Below are positions 29,384 to 39,465 of a DNA stretch of 64,000 bases, one piece after another (position 1 is the first letter of the stretch; each line of letters begins with the position of its first letter). The notes under the pieces are model-generated. The model worked only from the letters and a program-made list of their open reading frames with translations. It did no database searches and was not told where the DNA came from. Both the position numbers and the translations under genes were made by a program. This DNA is from Deinococcota bacterium (GTDB lineage: Bacteria > Deinococcota > Deinococci > Deinococcales > Thermaceae): positions 1-64,000 of the forward strand of contig JBGFRI010000003.1 of assembly GCA_041695225.1 (NCBI GenBank), in the 5' to 3' direction.

Positions 29384-30706
29384 ATGTCCCAAAACCAACC
29401 CGATCTTCCCGCACAAAACAGCCCCTACTGGCATGGCCTCCCGGCCGAGATACGCCTGGTGTTCAACCACTCGAGCGCACAACGCTACCTGCTCCTCCTG
29501 CCCGAAACAGTGCGGGTGGTGCATGGCCATGCGGGAGCAGCCATTTTGCTGACGTTCTTTCTGTTCCGTATGCGCTATAGCGCTGACACCGAGGGATGGT
29601 TCCAGGCCACCCGGGAGGGGATTGAGGCATGGACCGGCATGGCTCGGGATGGCCAGGAGTCAGCGCGGGGTCGCCTGCGCAAACTGGGGCTGGTAGCGGA
29701 GGCCGTCCGGGGACTTCCAGGTAAGCTATGCTTCCGCGTTAATGTCGAGGTGCTTTATACCCGAATGCTGGAACTGGAGAATGGCCACACTCAAGCTGGT
29801 GGGACTAAGCCCCCCAACCAAGAAGACGGGCTAAACCCTACCAACAAGAAGGGGGCTAAAACCCACAAGCAAGGAGGTGGGCTAATCCTGACCACCAAGG
29901 AGGCGGTCAACCCCCACATCCCAGCTGGCGGGGCTGAGCCCCCCAAACTAGCTGGGGTTGAGGATGCGCTCGAGGCCAACACGACTGGAACGACAAAAAC
30001 CGCCGCTTCGCACGACGCCAGCATTAAAGAATTAAATACAAAAGAATTAAATGCAAATACAATTAGTCTTGATACTTCGTATCAAGACCTTTTAAGTGGC
30101 GAATCCAACAAAGTTGTAGTTTCCCCAGACACCCCAGAAAAGACAGCAAATACAACGGGGACACTTCCCAGCCTAATAGCTCAGTCCAGCTCCCCGGCTG
30201 GAAAGCCAACAGTGAGTAGCGAGCACCCAAAATCTTCCCGGCGGGCCGCCGACGCGGTGCGGGCCATGTGCGAGGAGTTGAACCTGGTCGGCTGGCGGCT
30301 GAATTTCGCCCGAGTAGCAGTGAAAGATGCGGCGAGCCGCGCCGCCTGGTGGCAGCTGGCACGGCACCACCCCGAGCTGCTCCGGGCCAGCTACCGCCTG
30401 GTGGACAAAACCGGGGAGCGAGTGCCGGTAACCTGGATGGCCTGGCTGCCTGAGCTGGTGCAGGAGGTGCAGGGACACGGCGAGGGAGCGGTGCTGGCGG
30501 CCATAAATCGTGCCATTACGGAAGGCACTTCCCGGGGCTGCTGGAATTTTTTCCGCACGTTATTGCGGCCTCGCAATGGCCAGAGCACCCCAGCTCGTCC
30601 CCCCCAGACTTCCGGCCCAGAGCAGACCCGCACGGATCTGAATCACCTGCGGCAGGACTGGGAAGAGCGGGCGAAGCAGTTTGCGGCCCAGTGGGGAGTA
30701 CAGTAA
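29384..30706 (+). CDS. Phage-type replication initiator (wHTH N-terminus)
   Basis: AAILL...GWFQAT.E.IE..TGM.R..QESAR..LRKLGLV.E..RGLP.KL.FRVN; followed by a DnaC-like gene. Confidence 0.7.
   Translation: MSQNQPDLPAQNSPYWHGLPAEIRLVFNHSSAQRYLLLLPETVRVVHGHAGAAILLTFFLFRMRYSADTEGWFQATREGIEAWTGMARDGQESARGRLRKLGLVAEAVRGLPGKLCFRVNVEVLYTRMLELENGHTQAGGTKPPNQEDGLNPTNKKGAKTHKQGGGLILTTKEAVNPHIPAGGAEPPKLAGVEDALEANTTGTTKTAASHDASIKELNTKELNANTISLDTSYQDLLSGESNKVVVSPDTPEKTANTTGTLPSLIAQSSSPAGKPTVSSEHPKSSRRAADAVRAMCEELNLVGWRLNFARVAVKDAASRAAWWQLARHHPELLRASYRLVDKTGERVPVTWMAWLPELVQEVQGHGEGAVLAAINRAITEGTSRGCWNFFRTLLRPRNGQSTPARPPQTSGPEQTRTDLNHLRQDWEERAKQFAAQWGVQ
29792..30066. repeat. Iteron-like repeats plus AT-rich tract within the initiator gene (candidate ori)
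   Basis: 6-7 units at ~25-27 bp period (CAAG.AG..GGGCTAA.CCC) from 29792 to ~29960, then AAAGAATTAAAT x2 at ~30026-30052. Confidence 0.65.
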
Positions 30707-31434
30707 TGCGTTCTGCTACAGCACTAACAAAGCAGGCTGTCCTTCCCTGCTGCCCGCTTTGCGCAGCACCAGCCCTGAACACCAGCTGGCGGTTTGCTAC
30801 CGAACCCGACCATGACTGCCACTGCCGCTACCAGAACGAGGCTGCTTATACACGAGCCATGGCGGTACTGTGGCGCGAACACCAGGCAACGCGCCTGCTG
30901 TTAGAAAAAATTCCCCCAGGCTACCAGCATTGTGCTTTCGAGAATTACCGCGTTGACGCGACTAACCGCCTGGCCTGGGAAGCCGCTAAACATTTAGAGC
31001 GGGGGCAATTTTTGTACCTCTGGGGGGGTACAAGGTTGGGGAAAACCCATCTGGCAGTAGCAACACTCCGACGCCTGGCTACGCCGGGACGGCCGGTAAA
31101 ATTCTGGGGCGAGGTCGAATTGTTTACGCAATTTTATAGCGCTTACCAGAACAACCAGCAGCCTCCCGACCCCACCATCTACGATCTCCTGGTACTGGAC
31201 GATATTGGCAAAATTAAACCCTCTGATTATGTCTACACCCAGATGTATGCTTTAATTGAAACATTTCACGCCCACCAGAAAACCCTGATCCTGACCAGCA
31301 ATTACGACCCGCTCACAGCCGCTACACGGCTGGCCCGGGGAGACGCTGATGCAGCAGGGCCAATTGCAGCCCGGTTGGGTAAAGACCTGGTCATCCAAAT
31401 GGGTGTAAGAATGGCCAAAAAAGAGGTCCCTTAG
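30706..31434 (+). CDS. DnaC/IstB-like helicase loader ATPase
   Basis: N-terminal Cys cluster, FENY, LYLWGGTRLGKTHLA, LLVLDDIG, LILTSN; TAATG coupling to the initiator. Confidence 0.85.
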   Translation: MRSATALTKQAVLPCCPLCAAPALNTSWRFATEPDHDCHCRYQNEAAYTRAMAVLWREHQATRLLLEKIPPGYQHCAFENYRVDATNRLAWEAAKHLERGQFLYLWGGTRLGKTHLAVATLRRLATPGRPVKFWGEVELFTQFYSAYQNNQQPPDPTIYDLLVLDDIGKIKPSDYVYTQMYALIETFHAHQKTLILTSNYDPLTAATRLARGDADAAGPIAARLGKDLVIQMGVRMAKKEVP

Positions 31435-31457
31435 GGACCTGTCCTTTAGCTGTTTCT

Positions 31458-31595
31458 TCATGCCAGGCTTTCTTCAACAGCCCGGCGCTCGCGGGTCCTC
31501 CGGCTCCGGCGCCGCTTATGCCGCCGGTCAAGATGCGTCTGGGTGCCCCGGCCGCGAGCCCAGTCATGACCGCGAGGGACGATGATTCTCTTCAT
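31458..31595 (-). CDS. Small Arg-rich protein
   Basis: MKRIIVPRGH...; ATGA overlap with the upstream gene. Confidence 0.45.
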   Translation of the reverse strand: MKRIIVPRGHDWARGRGTQTHLDRRHKRRRSRRTRERRAVEESLA

Positions 31596-31951
31596 CGGGC
31601 CCCCTCCAGTACCCAGTCCGGTCGGTGCGCCAGAAGCCACTCCAACGCCTCGGTCTCGCCGTCGAATTCTACCTCAGGCCGAGCCTCGTGCCAGCGCTTG
31701 CGGCCTTCCAGCTCTGGCCTGGAGGCATCCTCCGGGTTGAAGTCCTCTGGAAAAGTGAAGCTGGGCAGCCAGGGAAGCTCAACTTCCTGGATGTTGGCCT
31801 CGATGCCCAGGCCCTGGAGCACCCTGCCCACAGTGTGCAGGGCTATATCTGGCCTCTCGTCTGCATAGACAAAGGCCAGGAACTTCCAGCCGCCCTGGAT
31901 CTGACCGAAAAGCCAGATGTCTCGTTCTCTTATTGCCAGTATCTTCTTCAT
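31592..31951 (-). CDS. Hypothetical protein
   Basis: Preceded by TATACT-N7-GATAGGAGG. Confidence 0.7.
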   Translation of the reverse strand: MKKILAIRERDIWLFGQIQGGWKFLAFVYADERPDIALHTVGRVLQGLGIEANIQEVELPWLPSFTFPEDFNPEDASRPELEGRKRWHEARPEVEFDGETEALEWLLAHRPDWVLEGAR

Positions 31952-32025
31952 ACTATCCTCCTATCAATAACCAGTATACAACACGAGACCGGCGGAGATT
32001 ACCCCGCCGGTGATCAACTCTGTAG

Positions 32026-32706
32026 CTAGAACTGCGCCAGCAGTGCCGCCGAGACCTGCGAGCACAGGGTCTCGCGCCAGTCTCCTGGCAGCTCAACCGA
32101 CGCCCCGTCTTCCAGCGCAAGCGCCCTCAGCTCGAGGCGCCACTTTTTCTTCTTGGGCAGTTTGCTCCGACCCGGAAACCTGATCTCCAGGAAACCTTCC
32201 GGCTGCTGGACTGCTCTGCCCCAGCCGCCCTCTACCGAAACCTGAAAACCCAGTCGGGCCAGACCCAGCAGAGCCTCCCGGTCCTCGGGCTCCAGCACCT
32301 CAACCTCGCAGCTGGCCCAGACCCCGCAAGGCTGTCGCCACAGGGTACGGCCTTTAGGATCCAGCTTTAACCAGCCATCCCGGTGGATTAAAACCGCCGG
32401 ATGGCCCCGATTCGGGCTGATATTGGGTACCACACGCTCAAAGGGGAGCAACCCCACCCAAGTAGAGGCCCGGACTACGTGCGCCCTGGGGGCTACCTGC
32501 TCTGACCACTCGACCTGCAAGATGGAGTAATCGTAGCTGAAGCTCCCTTTGGTCCTCACTTCTGGCCGGGTAATGTACTTGGCCAGGGTGTACTCCACCA
32601 TGGCTTTCTCCAAAGCTTCCCGGTCCGGCATAACAGCGGTACGAACCCGGTAGCGGCGGGCGTCTTCCACTACCAGGGCCTCGATTTCCTGCATTAGTTT
32701 CTCCAT
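32026..32706 (-). CDS. Hypothetical protein
   Basis: Preceded by TATAGT-N7-GATAGGAGG; GC hairpin downstream. Confidence 0.7.
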   Translation of the reverse strand: MEKLMQEIEALVVEDARRYRVRTAVMPDREALEKAMVEYTLAKYITRPEVRTKGSFSYDYSILQVEWSEQVAPRAHVVRASTWVGLLPFERVVPNISPNRGHPAVLIHRDGWLKLDPKGRTLWRQPCGVWASCEVEVLEPEDREALLGLARLGFQVSVEGGWGRAVQQPEGFLEIRFPGRSKLPKKKKWRLELRALALEDGASVELPGDWRETLCSQVSAALLAQF

Positions 32707-32820
32707 GCCTCCTCCTATCATGACAAACTATATCATGCTCAGGCAGGAAAAAAGCAGGAGCCGGGGAAACCCGGCTCCTGTGCTGCGCCTCCCGGTAGTT
32801 CCAGCTCTACCTCGACTCTC

Positions 32821-33297
32821 TTACCGCCCCCGGCGATACTCCCAGGGTGGCACAAACGAACCCTGCCAGAGACCGCTGCGCTTCTGCTGGGCCCGCTGCT
32901 GGCTGTCGGCATAATGCCCTTGGCTGAACCGGGCGAAGTCCAGCGCCCAGCCCTGCTCCACCAGCCAGCGGTTGATCTCCACCCCGCCTACGCTGCACAC
33001 CGCCACCATCCGGCCATGTCGGTCGGTGCTGCGCCTCTGGCAGTGTACGGTGCGCTGCCCCAGATAGTCGCTCAGGGCGAAAGCTGCCCGGCGTCCGCAG
33101 GGCCAGACCCTGCCTGCTGCGTCCAGACAGGTCTGGTTGCCTTCCGGAGCATCTATCCCCCACAGACGTATGCGCACCCCCTGGATCTCCAGGGTATCGC
33201 CGTCCACCACCGAGGCCCGGCCCCCCAGCTGACTCTGCCCGGCCACCTCACCAGGCCAGACCAGCAGGACAACCATCAGTACGAGAATTCTCAGCAT
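32821..33297 (-). CDS. Secreted thermonuclease (SNase-like)
   Basis: Signal peptide, VVDGDTL, IRLWGIDAPE, DRHGR, LVEQGWA, GLWQG.F..PWEYR. Confidence 0.92.
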   Translation of the reverse strand: MLRILVLMVVLLVWPGEVAGQSQLGGRASVVDGDTLEIQGVRIRLWGIDAPEGNQTCLDAAGRVWPCGRRAAFALSDYLGQRTVHCQRRSTDRHGRMVAVCSVGGVEINRWLVEQGWALDFARFSQGHYADSQQRAQQKRSGLWQGSFVPPWEYRRGR

Positions 33298-33305
33298 CAG
33301 CGTCC

Positions 33306-34175
33306 TCAGTCAGTTGCCCGGTAGCGTTCCCGAGCCGTGAGCGTCTCGATCTCCGGGGCCTGCCCCGAGAGTACCTCGCTCTGCAGAAAGGCTACCTCCG
33401 CCTCCTGCTCCTCCGCTCCTACCTCTTTCCACCAGCAACGGGCCTCTCCGTCCCACCGATACTGCCGGCTCTTAAGCAGATCTTTAGCCGCAAAGGGCGC
33501 CCCAACTGCCCGCAGCCGGTAACTGGGTTTGCGGGCACTATCCAGCAGGGCAGCCAGGGTCGTGGCTCCGGTCCCGGGTAGGAGCTGGGCCAGCAGATGT
33601 ACAGCTACACGGCAATCATCAAGGGCTCGGTGACCGTTGTAAAAAAAGCCATAGCGATACGCCAGGAACTCCAGTTTGGAGCTTTCCAGACCAGACTCCT
33701 GCCACGGCACCTCACGCTGACTGCAGGCCCACGGCTTAGCCGCCAGACCTAGCCGGCCTTCAACAAACGGCCGATCAAAAGCAGCGTTGTGGGCGATGAT
33801 CAGATCAGCCTGGCCCAGTAGCTGTTCAAGCCGGGCTTTGTCAAGCCGCTGACCACGAACCATCTCATCGGTGATCCCGGTGAGCTGCGTGATACGAGAT
33901 GGAATAGGACTGCCCGGATCCTCAAAGCCAGAGTATTCGTCCTCGACCCGTACTACCTGGCCGTCCGGGGTATAGGCAAAAAGCACTGCCCCGAGTTCAA
34001 TTACCGCGTTACGACGCGGATCCAGCCCCGTAGTCTCTACATCAATGAAAACCGCTTTGCGCAGGGTATCACCCTCTACTAAAGCGTAGTATTCCTGACG
34101 GGGAACAAACTGCTCGAGCACCCGGTAGCGCCCGCTATCTACAAGGATTTTTCGGTAGTGCTCGTAGTCGTGCAT
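33306..34175 (-). CDS. DnaQ-like (DEDDh) 3'-5' exonuclease
   Basis: DVETTG, IAHNAAFDRPF, HRALDDC. Confidence 0.92.
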   Translation of the reverse strand: MHDYEHYRKILVDSGRYRVLEQFVPRQEYYALVEGDTLRKAVFIDVETTGLDPRRNAVIELGAVLFAYTPDGQVVRVEDEYSGFEDPGSPIPSRITQLTGITDEMVRGQRLDKARLEQLLGQADLIIAHNAAFDRPFVEGRLGLAAKPWACSQREVPWQESGLESSKLEFLAYRYGFFYNGHRALDDCRVAVHLLAQLLPGTGATTLAALLDSARKPSYRLRAVGAPFAAKDLLKSRQYRWDGEARCWWKEVGAEEQEAEVAFLQSEVLSGQAPEIETLTARERYRATD

Positions 34176-34262
34176 ACAGATATTATATCTCCTATCGGGA
34201 AATAGTATATCATAAACTCTTTTGGATTTATATATATAATGGGATGCGATAGGAGGTTATGT

Positions 34263-35381
34263 ATGAATGCAGAGAACCAAGCAGCTGGCCTGGCCCTCGC
34301 GGCCAACATCCCCGTCCACCTGGTGGGCATTCCGGGGGTGGGAAAAACTGAGTTGGCGAAAGCCCTGACCGCCCGGCTGGGTCTCCACCTGGAGACTCTG
34401 ATCGCCTCGGTGCGGGACCGCACCGACTTCGGCGGGCTGCCCTACCCCGCCGACGGCCAGGTGAAGCTCCTTCACCTGCCCTGGGTGGAGCGGTTGATTC
34501 GGGCTCCCCAGGGTGCCCTGCTCTTCCTCGATGAGCTGGGCACGGCGCCGGCGGACGTGCGCCCCGCCCTGCTCCGGGTCATCCTGGAGCGGGTAGTGGG
34601 GGACACCCAACTAGACCCAACCCGGGTCCAGTTGATGGCAGCCTCCAACCCCTCGGAGCTGGGAGAAGGCGAGGGACCGGAAAGCTGGTCACTGGCTCTA
34701 AAAACCCGGATGTGCCACATCCGGTACCCAGCCCCCCCAGCAGAGACATTCGCCGATGCCCAGATCAGAGGCTGGGGGGACCCGCTGGGGGGAATGGAGC
34801 TTCCCTCCCGGAAGGCAGTGGAGGCTGCCCTACCAGAAGCAAAGGCTCTGGTAGCGGCGTTTATCCGCCGCCATCCTGAGGCCCTGGCTCCACTTCCCAA
34901 CCCAGGGCAGGAGGTCTGGGGCTGGGCCAACCCCAGGACCTGGCAGGACTTCGGCGGCCGGGCCCTGGCTGCCTGGACGGCTCTGGGCCGGCCGGAGAAC
35001 TTGCGGGAGGTGCTCCACATAGTCCTGGTGGGCTGCCTGGGCCCCTACGGCGAGACCTTCGCCGCCTGGGTCAAGGAACAGACTCTACCAGATCCGGAGG
35101 AGATCCTGCGGGATCCGGAACGGTTCCCGCTGCCCGACCGCGTGGACATCCTCCACGTCGTAGTGGGCAGCGTGGCCGCGGCTGCCATCCGCCAGCCCAC
35201 CCCGGCCCGCTGGGAGGCGGCCTGGACCTTCATCCGGCGCCTCCCCCAGGACATGGGCATCCTGGGGGCCAGGAGCCTGGCCCTGGCCTACCAGGAGGGG
35301 ACCTGGAAGGGCCTGCAGATTCCACCCTGGATTAAGGACTTCCTGGACATCCTGAACCAGGTGGAAAAGGCAAAGGCGTAA
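34263..35381 (+). CDS. MoxR/AAA_5-like ATPase
   Basis: GIPGVGKT, LFLDE, AASNP, ALKTR, NPRTW. Confidence 0.88.
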   Translation: MNAENQAAGLALAANIPVHLVGIPGVGKTELAKALTARLGLHLETLIASVRDRTDFGGLPYPADGQVKLLHLPWVERLIRAPQGALLFLDELGTAPADVRPALLRVILERVVGDTQLDPTRVQLMAASNPSELGEGEGPESWSLALKTRMCHIRYPAPPAETFADAQIRGWGDPLGGMELPSRKAVEAALPEAKALVAAFIRRHPEALAPLPNPGQEVWGWANPRTWQDFGGRALAAWTALGRPENLREVLHIVLVGCLGPYGETFAAWVKEQTLPDPEEILRDPERFPLPDRVDILHVVVGSVAAAAIRQPTPARWEAAWTFIRRLPQDMGILGARSLALAYQEGTWKGLQIPPWIKDFLDILNQVEKAKA

Positions 35382-35417
35382 AAAAAAGGGGGGGTTATCC
35401 CCCCCTACTTCTTTTTA
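35381..35417. terminator. Bidirectional intrinsic terminator
   Basis: A-tract, G-run/ttat/C-run hairpin, T-rich tail between convergent genes. Confidence 0.7.
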
Positions 35418-35861
35418 AATTCGTCGCAGTGGAATCCCGTCCAGTGCCAGATGCGCCCACTGCGACAGATAATAACCCAGTAGAGCGCCCCACAGGGCTG
35501 CTGCCGGAGGCAGCAGCCCAAACTGCGCCAGCCCCCACCACAGCAGCAGGCCCAGAGGGCCCAGGTAGACCAGCCGGGTCAGCGGCCCTAACAGCCAGTT
35601 GTGGGAGATGCCCCGGTGACGAAAAAGGAGCCCGTAAAAAACCCAGATAAATCCCAGCCGGCCCCAGCTTTGCACCGCACTGGTGCGGCGGTGCGGGTAG
35701 TAGTCCACATCCGGATTCACAAAGAAAGTGCCGGCCAGATAACCGATGGCTGCTCCCTGCCAGAAAGGCTGTTCCCAGGCAACTCCAATCAGGGTTCCCA
35801 GCAGGGCGCCTGCCCCGCCGAGCAGCAGGTTGAAGCGTTCGTGAACTACTCCTTCAGGCAC
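35415..35861 (-). CDS. DUF2227-like metal-binding membrane protein
   Basis: MP.G..HE..N, PD.D, HRGISH, W.HL..D. Confidence 0.8.
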   Translation of the reverse strand: MPEGVVHERFNLLLGGAGALLGTLIGVAWEQPFWQGAAIGYLAGTFFVNPDVDYYPHRRTSAVQSWGRLGFIWVFYGLLFRHRGISHNWLLGPLTRLVYLGPLGLLLWWGLAQFGLLPPAAALWGALLGYYLSQWAHLALDGIPLRRI

Positions 35862-36201
35862 AGGATACCGCCACCAACTGGTCGTGGATGGTTTCCCAGC
35901 TCTTTCCCTGGCTACGGGCCACCACTACCTCCCTGATTACATCGGCGTGGCAGGCCTCCGGCGCACACCAGCAGGCCAGGGCCAGAGCCATCTCCCCCTT
36001 TAGGAGTTCAGCCAAATGCTCCAACGCCAGCCGCTGCGGACTATCCAGCAGAAGTTTCTCGGCAAGCCAGTAGCGATATTTCTCGATAACCTTCTCCCGC
36101 TCCCCAGCTACCCCTATCTGAAAAGGATTGCCCAGAACGGTAGGACGGCCGACGTAAAAACCGTTTTTCTGGCTGCGCTGGTTAACTACCAGAACTTGCA
36201 T
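35854..36201 (-). CDS. DUF4326-like protein
   Basis: YVGRP..LGNPF, L.CWCAP..CHADVI. Confidence 0.85.
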   Translation of the reverse strand: MQVLVVNQRSQKNGFYVGRPTVLGNPFQIGVAGEREKVIEKYRYWLAEKLLLDSPQRLALEHLAELLKGEMALALACWCAPEACHADVIREVVVARSQGKSWETIHDQLVAVSCA

Positions 36202-36760
36202 GGTGGAACTCCCTGACCTGGCCGTGGGATTGATGCTCAAACACCTTTTGTTTTCTCGTATAGTATTTAGGAGCACTCACGCCTGCCAGGCGGCTGATAC
36301 GCCTGAAACTCAAAGGCTCGGATACAGCAGCACCCTGTAACCAGTCCGCCATATACTCGAACCTCTCCTTAGCCGAACCGTATGACTGAACCAGGATATG
36401 CTCTTGCTGCTGGCGCATCTGCTTTGCCAGGAATACCAGCAGCTGCCTGAGCACCTCTGGACTGCGGGCATAACCCTGCCAGGTACCAGCATCCCAGAAC
36501 AGCAGATGCGCTTCCTGCCAGACCTCAGCCTGCCTCGAGGCGGGCTGGCCATCCAGCAATGCCGGATCGAGAACCCACTCGCCAGGTCCCACCAGCCCTA
36601 CTGGGCACTTGTGGTCAACGCGATCCCGGTAGAGCCCGACCAGGCCAGTCTCTACCAGGTAAAGTCCCGGAATCTCCTGTCCCTGATCCCAGAGAAGCTC
36701 TTTCGCTGCAACCTTCCGACTGCGGCCTTCACCTATGAAACGGCCCCACAACGCACTCAT
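36182..36760 (-). CDS. Crp/Fnr-family cNMP-binding regulator
   Basis: LYLVETGLV.L...VGPGEW; C-terminal HTH-like ISRLAGVS. Confidence 0.75.
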   Translation of the reverse strand: MSALWGRFIGEGRSRKVAAKELLWDQGQEIPGLYLVETGLVGLYRDRVDHKCPVGLVGPGEWVLDPALLDGQPASRQAEVWQEAHLLFWDAGTWQGYARSPEVLRQLLVFLAKQMRQQQEHILVQSYGSAKERFEYMADWLQGAAVSEPLSFRRISRLAGVSAPKYYTRKQKVFEHQSHGQVREFHHASSGS

Positions 36761-36768
36761 AGGCTTTT

Positions 36769-37248
36769 CTAGGATGCAGCCTGCAGCTGGCCAGAAACAC
36801 TCAAGGAGTCGCTTACGAACTCCACTCCATCCAGGCTGCCCCGCACTACTGCGCCGTCCCAGCGTCCGACATAGAGCGCAACTGGCTTTCCCCAGTGCAG
36901 CTCGTAATCGGCCAGGTAAGCCAGGTCCGCCTCATAGATCTGATCGGAAGATCCCCGGGCCCGCAGATCCTGCAGAAGCAGCCGGGGTGGATCCAGGATG
37001 ATGGGCTCATTTACCAGCCACATCATGAAATCAGGACCGGATTTACGGGCAAAGCTCTGCTCGGCCTCAGCTATCAGGCCCCGGTAGTACCGCATGGAGC
37101 TAAGGAGCAAAACCCCCTCACGCCCGTCTCGAAAAACAGCCCGGGTTGCCGCTTGATGGTTCAGGATCACTGACATGTAGCCTCCTATACGACTTAGATA
37201 TATCATTATTTCAGCCAGCCTGCAAGTACCCTTGACTGAAATACTCAT
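36769..37248 (-). CDS. Hypothetical protein
   Basis: ORF in the co-oriented run; SD GGAGG suggests the start may be the later MSVIL. Confidence 0.5.
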   Translation of the reverse strand: MSISVKGTCRLAEIMIYLSRIGGYMSVILNHQAATRAVFRDGREGVLLLSSMRYYRGLIAEAEQSFARKSGPDFMMWLVNEPIILDPPRLLLQDLRARGSSDQIYEADLAYLADYELHWGKPVALYVGRWDGAVVRGSLDGVEFVSDSLSVSGQLQAAS

Positions 37249-37440
37249 CTGTGCTACGCTTCAATCAAGCCGCTGGAGGTAGCGGCCCGTTACTCCGAAA
37301 GGAGAACCTCCTATCACAAGCAGGCACCCCTGAATTGGGGTGCCTGCTTGCTTGTACTGCAACTAACCCTCCCTGACAGAGCGGGGCGGGAGACCCTACC
37401 TCGCTTTTTGCTATACTGAACCCTGATAGGAGGTTAATAT

Positions 37441-39396
37441 ATGGACCCATCAAAACACCTAGACGGTCCAGCCCTGGTTTTTGCAGGGGCTGGCGCAGGC
37501 AAGACCCGGAACCTGATCCACCGGGTCAGAAACCTGGTAGAGGGAGGGGTTGATCCCCACAGCATCACCCTGATCACCTTTACCAACAAGGCGGCTGGGG
37601 AGATGCGCTCCCGGCTGGTAGGTCTGGTGGAAGAGCCCCAGGCTGAGGCAGTCTGGGTGGGCACCTTTCACCGCTTCTGCCTCCAGGCCCTGACGGTCTA
37701 TGGGGCAGAGATCGGTCTGGGGAGCTTCGCGTTGCTGGACACCTCCAGCCAGCAGCGGCTGGCCGAGCGCCTGATAAAGGAGATCTTCCTGGAAGGGAAG
37801 GGTAAGCCGAAGGGCTTTACCGCCCAGGCCGCCCTGTCAGCGGCCTCGCGGGCAGCCAATAGCCGCTGGGATGACCTCCAGCTGGCTACCATGTACGCAG
37901 ACCTGACAGAGAAAATTGTCTCTTTCAGGTATGCCTACATAGATGCCAAAAAGGAGCTGGGGGTCCTCGACTATGATGACCTCTTGCTCCAGGGTATCCG
38001 GCTGTTCAAGCTCTCCCAGAAGGCGGCCGGGATGGCCCGCCGGCGCTGCATCTACCTGATGGTGGATGAGTTCCAGGACACTAACACCGTCCAGTTAGAA
38101 CTCATCCAGAGCCTGGCCCCGGGAGCCAGCCCCAACCTGATGGTGGTGGGCGACCCCGACCAGTCGATCTATGGCTGGCGGGGTGCAGACTACCGCACCA
38201 TCCTCAACTTCCAGAGGATCTACCCCACCGCCCAGGTCTACGGCCTCTACACCAACTACCGCTCCACAGCGGCAGTGGTGGAGTTGGCAAACCGGGTAAT
38301 CCAGGGCAACCGGGAACGCAAACCCGGGGTCCAGACTGCCCACCACCCAGGAGGTGAGGAACCGGTGTTGATGGCCGCAGGTGATCGCGCAGCTGAAGCC
38401 CAGTTCGTGGCTCAGGCCGTGGACTACTACCACCGCCAGGGAATCCCCTATGAGGAGATGGCCGTCTTAATGCGGGCCAACTTCCTCAGCCTGGACGTGG
38501 AGCAGGCCTTCCGCAGCCGGAAGATCCCCTACCGCTTCAGCGGCGGGCAGAGCTTCTTCGACCGAGCGGAGGTGCGACTCGCCATGGCTGTACTCAGGGT
38601 TCTGATCAGCCCTGCCGATGTCCTGAGCATCGGCCACCTGGTGGAGGAGTTGGTGGAAGGGGCCGGCTCTGTCGGGATAGAGAAGGTGCTTCAGCGAGGC
38701 AAGGAACAGGGTCTCTCCCCGCTGGAAAGCCTGCAGGATCCTGAGGCCCTTAAAGGGCTACGAGGGGAGGCCACCCGGAAAGGAGCCCAGGAGCTGGGCC
38801 GTGTGCTCAGCGCCCAGGCCCTCCTGCTTCAGGATCCAGCCAGGGTAGACCAGGTGCTTCAGGACACCCTGGAAGCCCTGCCGGTAGATGCCTGGCTGAA
38901 AAAGCAGGCCCAGGGCTCGGAGGAAAACCTGCTGGTGCGCCGGAAGAACCGGGACCGCTTCCTGGAAGTGGTGAGAGCCTGGCAGGAGAGCAACTCCGAG
39001 GCGCCGCTGAGCGAGCTGCTGGCCAGCCTGGTGCTGGAGGCCCTGGAGAAAGAGCCCGAGCAGAAGGGGATTTACGTGATGACTATCCATGCCTCCAAGG
39101 GCATGGAGTTTCGCGTAACCTTCGTGGTCGGCCTGAACGAGGGTGTGTTCCCTCTGCAAAAGGCCACCAACGACCTCCAGCAGCTCGAAGAGGAGCGCCG
39201 GCTCTTCTACGTTGCCATAACCCGGGCTAAGGAGTACCTCCATCTCAGTTGTGCTGAGAAGGGTTTCCGCGGAGACTGGCAGCGGCCGTCCCTCTTTTGC
39301 CAGGAGGCCCGGCTGGAGATCATGAAATACGATCCCCGGCTGGGTTTCCACGGCACCGAGACCAACCAGGCCCTGACCGGCCTGCTGAATCTCTAG
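37441..39396 (+). CDS. UvrD/PcrA-family SF1 helicase
   Basis: AGAGAGKT, TFTNKAA.EM, GTFH, VDEFQDTN, VGDPDQSIYGWRGA, NYRS, MTIHASKGMEF, EEERRLFYVAITRA. Confidence 0.95.
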   Translation: MDPSKHLDGPALVFAGAGAGKTRNLIHRVRNLVEGGVDPHSITLITFTNKAAGEMRSRLVGLVEEPQAEAVWVGTFHRFCLQALTVYGAEIGLGSFALLDTSSQQRLAERLIKEIFLEGKGKPKGFTAQAALSAASRAANSRWDDLQLATMYADLTEKIVSFRYAYIDAKKELGVLDYDDLLLQGIRLFKLSQKAAGMARRRCIYLMVDEFQDTNTVQLELIQSLAPGASPNLMVVGDPDQSIYGWRGADYRTILNFQRIYPTAQVYGLYTNYRSTAAVVELANRVIQGNRERKPGVQTAHHPGGEEPVLMAAGDRAAEAQFVAQAVDYYHRQGIPYEEMAVLMRANFLSLDVEQAFRSRKIPYRFSGGQSFFDRAEVRLAMAVLRVLISPADVLSIGHLVEELVEGAGSVGIEKVLQRGKEQGLSPLESLQDPEALKGLRGEATRKGAQELGRVLSAQALLLQDPARVDQVLQDTLEALPVDAWLKKQAQGSEENLLVRRKNRDRFLEVVRAWQESNSEAPLSELLASLVLEALEKEPEQKGIYVMTIHASKGMEFRVTFVVGLNEGVFPLQKATNDLQQLEEERRLFYVAITRAKEYLHLSCAEKGFRGDWQRPSLFCQEARLEIMKYDPRLGFHGTETNQALTGLLNL

Positions 39397-39465
39397 GCAC
39401 AGACTCTCACAGACTCCCCGGTTTTTACCGGGGAGTTGCTTTTGCCTGTGGCATCATAAGCAGGT

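Noticed and set aside
37307..37350. Additional GATAGGAGG copy on the minus strand
   Set aside because: No TAnnnT at the 7-nt spacing, so not counted in the promoter set.
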